A stretch of 64,000 nucleotides of DNA from Rhynchobatus australiae. Taxonomy: Eukaryota. Below are positions 39,700-49,103 of this stretch, piece by piece. Positions within the stretch are counted from its first letter, which is position 1; every line of letters begins with the position of its first letter. The stretch covers positions 29,833,573-29,897,572 of the forward strand of contig JAUZTB010000017.1 in assembly GCA_034780895.1 (NCBI GenBank). Direction: 5' to 3'. The notes under the pieces were generated by a model that saw only the letters and a list, made by a program, of their open reading frames with translations, was not told where the DNA came from and ran no database searches. The translations under genes and the position numbers were made by a program.

Positions 39700-40660
39700 C
39701 ATTGAATAATACAGGAAAACAGACATGGATATTGCAATGTAATCTCCAGAGAGTATGCACGCAAGGTAGCAAGAGAGATATAACCGAGATGTACAACTAA
39801 AAAAAACAGCAGGAAGGGAAAGCAAAGGGTCCACAAGGGTGATTAAGACAAGGGGTATGGAAGTGAAGCAGGAGGGAACCAAAGGCCGTCAAAGTGAGAA
39901 AATGATACATAGAAGTGAGGATGAGCAGGGAAATAAACACACAAAAACATTAGTGGAGAAAGAGGGACTATGCAGCAAAATAATGGAAAATGTATCAGCA
40001 CATTTGAATGGCATAAGCAGAGCCTGAAAGCAGAGTGAATTCTTCAGGAAGAGAACGAGCAGACACATGGAGGAAAGTGTGTCAGAAGTACACTGGGAGA
40101 TTGAGTATTGTCTGCCCATCAAGAAAAACAGAACGAGGAGAAAGAAGGGAAGAGTGCAAGTTTTCACAGAGGACAAATCAAGTCCATGAGAGATCGCACA
40201 AGTAAGATTAAAAGGCACAGGGAAATGTAGAAAGATAGGTATTAAAAGACTGCAAGTGTAGGCTTTAAGACTAAGTGTGCCAAGGGGACAAAAGGGAAGA
40301 AGAGCAAGGGCAAGAAGCAGGTGCCAAGTATGAGGGGAAAGAACAGGTAATGTAAAAGCAAGAACAGATAACAATATCTGAGAATCACTGCCAGTAGACC
40401 AGGAAGGAGGGCAGAGAGGTATACAGTGAGGAGAAAGACTAGCTGTAACAGAAAGGGCAAGACAGAGATGAAAGAAAGGGTGCGGCAGGAAAAGCAGTAG
40501 CCTAGAATTTAGGAAGGTGGACAGCAAAAGGAGAGGGGTGAAGAAAGTGAGGAAAGATTAGAAAGGAGTCAGCAAAGAATTAGGGATGGAAATTATAACT
40601 GAGGGTTTGTGTTCTGCACAGGGAGGGAAACTTAAAGACAGGAAAATAATAAGTGTTTAG
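39700..40660 (+). repeat. About 1-kb purine-skewed low-complexity tract
   Basis: Strong A/G excess on the plus strand; no clear period seen. Confidence 0.7.
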
Positions 40661-41149
40661 GACAGGATTTTAAATTGATGGTTCAAAATAATGTAAAAAG
40701 GCCCACTGAGGAACTCAGTTTCAAGTATTCCTTCATGGTTACAGAGAGAATATTAAGAAAAATTGATAGTGTACTTCTTTTTAAAACTATATTTAGTATT
40801 TACTTCTTAGGCGGCCTGCCTCAAGGCATTACAATCCAGCAGCCAGATGACACTTCCCATTTTATTTTAGTGCTATCCTATATGAACACAAACATGCATT
40901 AAGTTTGCAAAGAGAGCATCCAGACAAATTGTAAAGGAAGAGATTAAACATAGGAAAGCTTTAGTAAAGGGATCCTTTGGGGTCAAAAGGGGGCTGTGGG
41001 TGGATCAGGAACTCTTTGATGTTGGAGCTTAATAAGCAAAAGCTGATGCTTTTTCCATCCTGTTTTTTCAGCTCTTGCAGCACCTAATCTTTCATCGTCA
41101 TCTACTTATCAGTGATAACATCCATCTCTCAACTAAATTCAGTTGTTTG

Positions 41150-41585
41150 AATGAGCCCCTTTTACACTCACGCCCCTTCCTCTTTGCACCATTTCCCCCT
41201 GTGCCCCCCTCCAAGACATTGAAGCAGCTCTGTTCCTTTCTTTAATAGTATTTCCTTCCAACTCTTTTAGCTTGCTCACCCTTTGTTTCTCTTGTTTTTG
41301 TTACCAACATTCACTTCCACAACCACATCTCTTTCCTACACAAATATTTCCAGCTCTCTCAGATGGCACCAAGGGCAATTTAATCACCAAGACAACCTTG
41401 GTTCCACCCTACCACAGACATTCCTTTTGTTCACCCCACCCTGCCTCCTCCCTGCAACTTAACTTCCTCACTTTTGCAGTTCTGATGAATAATCAACAAC
41501 CTGAAATATTAACTCAGTTTCTCTCCTCATAAATGCTGCTTAACCTGCTGAGCATCACCAGCGATTTTTGTTTTTATTTCAATTG
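41150..41585 (+). mobile_element. Penelope-like 3' remnant with a hammerhead-like motif at 41477-41514
   Basis: Pyrimidine-rich tract, then agtt CTGATGA ... GAAA tatt aact and the shared tail tgctgcttaacctgctgag. Confidence 0.6.
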
Positions 41586-41589
41586 TCCA

Positions 41590-42270
41590 GCATAATTATC
41601 ACCAATAGCCTGTCCCGGTCCAACCACGTAGACTCTATGGCCAAAAAAACACACCAGTACCTCTACGTCCTCAGGAGGCTAAAGAAATTTGGCATGTCCC
41701 CTTTGAAAGCATCCTATCTGGATGCAACACGGCTTGTTATGGCAACTGCTCTGCCTGTGACTGCAAGGAAATGCANNNNNNNNNNNNNNNNNNNNNNNNN
41801 NNNNNNNNNNNNNNNNNNNNNNNNNNNNNNNNNNNNNNNNNNNNNNNNNNNNNNNNNNNNNNNNNNNNNNNNNNNNNNNNNNNNNNNTAAAGCAGCCAGC
41901 ATAATCAAAGACCCCACCCACCCCAGGCATTCTCTCTTCTCCCCCTCCCATGGGGCAGAAGTTACAAAAGCTGAAAGCACATATCATCAGCCTCTAGGAC
42001 AGCTTCTATCCCACTGTTATAAGGGTATTAAACAGTCCCCTAGTACAATAAATGGACTCTTGACCTCACAATCTACCTCGTTACAGTTTTGCACCTTATT
42101 GTCTACCTGCACTCTCTAACTGTAACACTTTATTCTGCATTCTACTGTTGTTTCCCCTTGTACTACCTCACTGCACTGTTGTAATGAAATAATCTGTATG
42201 GACAGCATGTAAAACAAGTTTTTCACTGTACCTCGGTACACGTGACAATAATAAACCCATTTACCTATTT
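41590..42270 (+). mobile_element. Rex1/Babar-like LINE 3' end
   Basis: AKKTHQYLYVLRRLKKFGMSP...KAASIIKDPTHPRHSLFSP; tail ttttcactgtacctcggtacacgtgacaataataaacc. Confidence 0.85.
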
Positions 42271-45200
42271 ACTTTGCTTTTCAAATCCACCATCTATACG
42301 ATGGCTGATTCTGCAACCCCACACTTACTAAATGCTTGGAATCTTCATTTGAGACAAACTTTTTCTTCCCCTACCAAGTTCTCAATTCCCCTCCTTGGCC
42401 CTGCTGGATCCAAGTATCTTCCTTCCTCAGATCTTCCCTCAATTGTAAGATTCCCTTGGATCCCTCAGATATCCTACATCCCAGAATTGGCATTGTGTTT
42501 CAAAAGTCTCTATGTAGTGCAATTAAGTGCACCAAAATGCATCTACTTCACACTGAAAATTATTACTTTCTAATCCTTGCTCCCTTTTCTGGGTTCGTAG
42601 CCAATGTAAGTTAATGCACCGAGTAATTGTAATAAACATAAATTTGCCATACCTCCAAGTCATTGTGACCAGAGGCAAAGACCTGCTGATACACAAGTGC
42701 CCATCGATGGTGCACTATCAATGGTGCACCAAAATTGAGTTTGTGCCCAGATGTCCCAGGCATGCATTTCTCATCCTCTATTTACTATAGTCACCTGTTT
42801 TGGTCATAATTCAATGTCAATGGCTTTACATTAGGAGATTTTGACATTGCAATTCACATTCAATTTCACTGTCACCTGCTCTAATGTTGCTCCAGTCTAC
42901 AGTTGCTAACTGAATTAATGAAGCAGGTTTTTGAATCTAGCTTATTAAAGACCTTTATAATGAATTGATTGAGCGCACACACACACACCATCTTTTACTC
43001 AACTGACATTTATATACATTCACAAAAGATATTCATACACTCTCAGGTGTATATTACTTGAAGTTTTCAAAACATTTACATTTTCCATGGATGCACAAGC
43101 ACATAATTACAAAGCAAAGTATTCATGACTTGCGTCTGATTGCTAACCTCAAAGCTTTCATAGCTTATCAGATACATCAAGGATAACCAATTACTGCATC
43201 TGCAAACAGACTAAGGCTGGGCTAATTCAAACACAGTCTACTAAACCCAGGGCAAGGTTAACCTCGATCAGTGTATTAGAGCAAAACACCGCATTTAATC
43301 TTGCTATTCCAGTCCTGTTCCAAGAGAAAAACAGTTGCAGTCAACACCCTCAATTATACAATCTTATGAGTAAAAGTGTTCTGTATTGACAATAAAACAA
43401 TCAAAGTCACTTTAAGTTATTTCTATATCTAGGATATTAAACAAATCAAGTTGTATAAAACTTAATAAATGTGCATTTTTGTTTGCCTCGTTAATAAATG
43501 AACTCAAATAAAAGCTGTCTGGAAATGGTCTTCAATTTTGCACATTATATATGTATTTTGATACATACAATGTTCGATTACCTAGGCTTTTAATTGGAGC
43601 ACAGGTTACCATAGGTGAATTAAAAACAGTAAACCAGACCTTAGACTGCATTTAATTATAAAAATTAATCAGCATCTGGTAAACTTCTCCGCTACTGTAA
43701 CACTGATACATGGTCTCCATTTCCTCATCCTCCATTTCACATCACTGAGCAGAAATGGCTTTGTATATCAACACATACAATCTAACACTACGTACTAGCA
43801 TACCGTTCTCAGTAAAAATGCAGTATCATATAAGGTTACCCTGACAATATAGTGAAAGTGATGATAATCATCAAAATAATTTATCATGGTCAGATACACA
43901 CTAAACTCCATTGCTACAATCAAACTGAACTGTAATGTCTTTTTTTTAGGGTCAGCTTGCTATTCCAAACTGAGCATTCACAAACCTCAAACTGAAGGTA
44001 TTGGATTCATTTTAAAATGGGAAAAAATGTTGTAATTTGAAATCTACGAAAATGATGGGTTTGGCATTGTCAGCTTACAAAGATCAAATGCAAGCTATGA
44101 AACATACACCAGCATCTAGAAATTGGATGTGTCTTGTCAACAGATAATATTTTATCACAAAACATCATNNNNNNNNNNNNNNNNNNNNNNNNNNNNNNNN
44201 NNNNNNNNNNNNNNNNNNNNNNNNNNNNNNNNNNNNNNNNNNNNNNNNNNNNNNNNNNNNNNNNNNNNTAGTTATAGGAAATTTTGTGAGAGCATACTGC
44301 ACCTGATTAGATAACCTGGTTTTCAATTCGAGTTAGTTACAAACATAATTCCCTACTGATAAGGAGATAAATGCACAAGAATGACCATTTTTGTTAGAAA
44401 ATAGAATTATATTATAACTTTACTCAAAAATAATGATTAAACCAGTTTAAATCATTGTATCACGAAAGATGAGCAAGTGGCTCACTTGATCATCTTTATT
44501 TTCTATTTTAATGAGCACCAGTTAGTAGTTTTGACTGCATCATATGGTACTTTTATCACAAAACATCCTAACAATCCAATGTTTATATCACCCAGGTATA
44601 CAATATTACATTGTTCAGACCAGCGAAGTTGTCCCTTTCCTTCTGCATGCTCCATTAACAAATAAATGCAATGCAGAATTTGACACATTTGTTTAGGTTC
44701 TGCGCAATAGTGCACGGTGTCACTCTCTCCCGTTTTGCAATTAATTTCTACTCTTCTTACAATAAAGGATATTCTCCCAGCAAAATTTCAAACTTCTGAC
44801 CCAATTGTGTACTTTCTTGTTTTAAATAATATGGAAATATGTAAATTGATGTAAAATATATCCAAGGGCATCAGTGATACAAGAAACCCAACCACAGTAA
44901 TATAGGATAAAAAGAAAGTACCATGGTATCTTTTTAATTGGAAAAGATGAACGTAATGCTTAACATTCTCTTTGCATGCAGCAAACACTACAGCAAATAC
45001 GTGAGGATATCACAGAAACTGCCGTTCCTTTGCTTTATACAATTGGAATACTTTATGGTCAGGGATTTTGCTCCACCTCTAAATGTTTGACGTCAAAACA
45101 ATTGTCCAAACAAAGCGGCCTTAAAAAAAAGGTCAGCTGTCGCCATAATGCCAAAATGAATTAGAGAAAATTAAACACGTACAGCATTCTTCAAAAATTG

Positions 45201-45719
45201 TAATCTTCACTGACCGCAATGGGGGCCTACCGGATGATAACGTTGTCTACAGCTCATGCTTCTCAACAGTACGGCCGCTGGATTTTTCCTNNNACCAACA
45301 TATATTTTACTGTATTTAAAATTTATCTCTTATACTTTAGACAGCCAGTGAACAATGATAACGATACTCTCAATTTTATATATGAAGCAAAAATTATTGG
45401 CAACATAGTGAAAACGCTGCATAAATTAAACAAGTATTGAAGGCATCTGGGTCCATTGCTTTTCAGCCAAGATTTTTTGGGAGTAGGGGTTCACAAAGAA
45501 CCTCGGTGTTAGACAGTGACAAGAACATGTTCATAGGAACCGGGGATATATTTGGACCGATCTTTGTAACTGACCAGCTGAAAAGAACAGATGCGGTATT
45601 TTCACTGCAATGTCACATCCCTTAAAGATGGCACTACAATATGGCTGTGAAGGTCATGTCCTAACGCGTCTTTTGTACATCTGGTTATGAAGAAAATATT
45701 GGAGGGCGCATTACTGTAC

Positions 45720-46604
45720 CTGAAATTGCAACATGCCGTTGTTGTTGTCCGTCCTAAAGGCGTTGTCGTCCATCCAAGACTTGGGGTTCAATGTGGGTGC
45801 AGTTCGAGGGAACTTAGGAGGGGCGATCACATTGCTGGAGAAGGGTTTCTTGAGCGGAGAGATAGGATTGAGAGGGGACGGCACCCCAACGGCTCGCCGG
45901 GGATCCCTGGCTTGTAGCCCGCTCCAAGGGTTGGGGGCAGTGCTCCAGGTCGTGTTCTGGTGGTTGTTCCAAGCCGAAGAAGGCTTGCTTGTCATGATGG
46001 GCTGGTGGCTGTAGGCGCTGCGTTGGGCGAAGGGAGCCTGCGGGCTGACCGGCGACCTCCTCTGCTGCTGTTGCTGTTGGGCGGCTTGGTGGTGCTGTGT
46101 CTGTTGAGCCAGACCGATCTGCGGCGAGAAAGTGCCACCGAAAACCGGGTTGACGTGAGTGAAATTTTGGAACAGCATCGTCCCATTCACTGGCGGGATC
46201 CCTTGGAAAAAGCTATCATCTACGGTGTTGGTGGTGCCGGTGGACCACGTACTGAACGAAGGGGACAAGGAGGTACCAGGCTCCTGGGGTTGAAAGCTCA
46301 AACCGGGCAAAATTGGCGATTCCATCTGCGCCTTCTCTTTATTCTGGCCAGAAACCGGGGCGTTTATACTCACGGAGCTCTCTTCTGATTTGGGGGTTTC
46401 TGCGGCTTCGGTACTTTGCTCTGACCTTGGTGAAAGCTGCTGGGGTTTGCTTTTGTCCATCAGTAAATCATCCTGCATGGTTTGCGGAGCTGAAACAGGA
46501 AAAAACAAAGACGCATTATTATTAGCTGTGTTCTGGTACTCCGGCGCCGGCGAAAATCCTGTATTATTGCTAGGTGACTGTAAAGCAAATCTGTAATCCC
46601 CCAT
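45720..46604 (-). CDS. CPEB3: CPEB3 first coding exon (N-terminal disordered region). Long form starts at ATG 46604 (MGDYRF...); canonical-type start MQDDLLMDKSK at 46478
   Basis: Translation contains MQDDLLMDKSK, MESPILPGLSF, NGTMLFQNF, VNPVFGGTFSPQIGLAQ and PSPLNPISPLKKPFSSNVIAPPKFPR, matching vertebrate CPEB3 as I recall it. Ends ...FQ at donor CAG|gtacag (phase 0). Confidence 0.97.
46490..46512 (-). promoter_or_regulatory. CPEB3 proximal 3' splice site, 11 nt upstream of the MQDD ATG
   Basis: Minus strand reads gtctttgttttttcctgtttcag|CTCCGCAAACCATG: strong pyrimidine tract plus CAG, followed by an ACCATG context. Confidence 0.8.
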
Positions 46605-47059
46605 TTAGCAGAGGGGTGGTTGGGGGGGTAGGGAGCAATATTAATAGTTCTCTTTTGAAAGAAGGAGGAGCGGCTTCACCCTTTCGTGTTCTGGTTTGCC
46701 CTCGGAATGAGAGATTTGGGATGCGGGCACAGATATTCACCAATTTCGCCACGTCTTTCTTTACACCGGAACTTCAGCTCTCACCCGCAATGTGAAACTG
46801 ATTCTTGTTCCTGTTCAAGAGCTTTCAAAGCCCTTTGCTAATTTACATACGTCAATAAATAGTGCNNNNNNNNNNNNNNNNNNNNNNNNNNNNNNNNNNN
46901 NNNNNNNNNNNNNNNNNNNNNNNNNNNNNNNNNNNNNNNNNNNNNNNNNNNNNNNNNNNNNNNNNNNNNNNNNNNNNNNNNNNNNNNNNNNNNNNNNNNN
47001 NNNNNNNNNNNNTGCAGCTCTGGGCACCATACTGCATTTTATTTAAACTCCCTGACCAA

Positions 47060-47100
47060 CTGGAAGGGGGTGGGGAGAAAGAGATGCAGAAACAGAAACC
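47060..47100 (-). promoter_or_regulatory. Candidate distal 3' splice site for a long CPEB3 exon containing the MGDY ATG
   Basis: Minus strand reads tttctgtttctgcatctctttctccccacccccttccag|TTGGTC: about 38-nt pyrimidine tract plus CAG. Confidence 0.6.
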
Positions 47101-48569
47101 TGCCTAAATCGAGTAAACAACAGCCTGTTTTGCACCAAAATTATCTTCGAACGTTAAACGAATAGGCGATTCGTTGAAAATACGACTTCATAACAAAATA
47201 AATGAAACAACCCGCCCTTAAAGCAGCAAAAGCTCATTTGACACGTAACTTATGACCTTGTCCATTTTATTCACGTCTGCATATTATTGACACGAATTAG
47301 ATTTCCAGCCCCGAGCACAATGAGATTTTACAAAGTCCCCAAAATCTCCTGCGTATTGTCATTTCTCGAGCAGCATATTTACGCCATTTATCTACACTAA
47401 CAAAATGTTTTTTTTATATATAAAATGGCTCCTTGATTTGCACGCCAAACGACGATTGGACAACTCCTAATTCTACTTTCTGAAGGACAAATTATATTTA
47501 TAAAAAAAGACTGATATCAAAATGACGAACTACAAAATACTCTTCCGCATTCTATAATGGCATTATTCAATTGAAATTTTAATCTGACCACTATGCAAAT
47601 CAGCAATCAAATCAAAACGTCGCTAAATTAACATGTTTAAAATGCACGTGTATTTTTAATCAGAATAATTATTTATCGTCAGCAGCACCAGACCCTCAAG
47701 GTCATTGTCAACTCGTATCCACATTCATGCCAAATGTTGCCAGTTTCATTTTAATTGGTTACGTACAGAGCTTAAAAAAGAGATGGCATTTCCTAAAAAA
47801 AATCAATATTAGATACATTCATTGTTCTAAATACCAAACGCGAGAAGAATAAAAATGAGTTATCTCCAGCAGGGCGTAAATGACAAGCGCTCTTCTAAAT
47901 AAATTGTTCTCTTAAACATAGGCAATGCTTCGTTTCTAACAACAAAAGGTCAGCTTTACAAATAAAATATTAATCCAAGTTAACCGACGAACTATATAAA
48001 ACAGTATTTTAGAAGAAAATATAACATTAATGGATACACATTCCCTTATTTACCCGATTCACAGCCTGTTATGCAGTATTGTTTTATAACTTTAAAAGGC
48101 CGATTTAGACACTTGTAATGGTCAAGGTCACAAGAAACGTATCTTATCATTAAAGCACATGATTGGATTTATTGTTTGGACAATGGAGAACTAACAATAT
48201 CACAACCCTCAAATCATTGCACTATAATTAACATTTAGTCATAACATGCTTATATTTTATGTTACATCCTTAAAAGTAATTCTGGATTTAGCAGTTGATT
48301 TCTTGTAGATTTCCATTCTTCTTTTGACAACTAATACGAGTTACCTTAGTATGAAACTTTGAACTAGTTTGTAAGAAATATGTGCCAATTCTGTTCTGGT
48401 GCGCAGCGCAAACTTCCAAATGGTCTACCCAACTAACCAGGGACCCAGCAAACCCAGACTGTCGGATCCCATTCGTACGCCTGAATGGGCGAAGCAGTGC
48501 ATTGCGGCAAATGCAGTCCTGGCCCCGCCAGACCTGGGCGGCTACGCACGGCGCTCGGGCGAAGGTAGA

Positions 48570-48588
48570 ACTACATCTCCCAGCATGC
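48570..48588 (+). promoter_or_regulatory. ZNF143/THAP11-type composite motif
   Basis: ACTACATCTCCCAGCATGC matches the ACTACAnnTCCCA(G)nATGC consensus enriched at bidirectional promoters. Confidence 0.8.
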
Positions 48589-48631
48589 GCAGCGACACGG
48601 ACTCCTCCGCTGCGGTGAGTGGCGGAGCGCG

Positions 48632-48640
48632 CACTTCCGG
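48632..48640 (+). promoter_or_regulatory. ETS/GABP site
   Basis: CACTTCCGG (CCGGAAGTG on the minus strand) inside the CpG island. Confidence 0.7.
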
Positions 48641-48881
48641 TTGGCTCAGTGCTATTATTTCCTCACAGTCAGTGAATGGAGGCCGCGGCTTGGAAGCGCT
48701 GGTTTCTGTTTTGAAAATAACAGGCGTCTGTAATATTATATAAAAAAAAACAATAATCGGCCACATTTCAGACGAGGGAGTTTTATAGCTAGGTTGGTGC
48801 GCATTAGGCTGTAGGTCGGGAGCACTGCGGCTGAGGCGGACGTTCAGCCGCCCCCCTCCCGGTTTGTGGGGACCGAGGGTG

Positions 48882-48912
48882 GCTGCTGCTGCTGCTGCTG
48901 CTGTTGCTGTTG
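48882..48912 (+). repeat. (GCT/CTG)n trinucleotide tract in the presumed MARCHF5 5' UTR
   Basis: gctgctgctgctgctgctgctgttgctgttg. Confidence 0.85.
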
Positions 48913-49053
48913 GGCCTGGAAACGTTCCCGGTGGATCGCGGTGAGGTTGAGGCCGGACGCGGGGCCCAGTGCAAAACCTTCACATGAATCTCCTCAGATA
49001 AGCGAAGGCGAGGAGGGGGGGGGCGGGGGGAAGCGGTAGTGGATTTCTGGAAG

Positions 49054-49103
49054 ATGTCTGGCGGCGCGGATCTCACGGCGGCCCCGTCGCAGCCGCTCGA
49101 TAG
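49054..49103 (+). CDS. MARCHF5: MARCHF5 (MITOL, mitochondrial RING-CH E3 ligase) coding part of exon 1
   Basis: aagATGTCT... encodes MSGGADLTAAPSQPLD(R); donor AG|gtgagt, phase 2; joins in frame to the exon at 63800 to give LDRSCWVCF as in vertebrate MARCHF5. Confidence 0.9.

Noticed and set aside
39889-40527. 212-aa hydrophobic ORF on the minus strand
   Set aside because: By-product of a purine-skewed low-complexity tract (Leu/Phe/Ser/Pro codons, few stops).
45687-46596. Plus-strand ORFs (76-142 aa) overlapping the CPEB3 exon
   Set aside because: Antisense shadows of a GC-rich coding exon; no recognisable protein.
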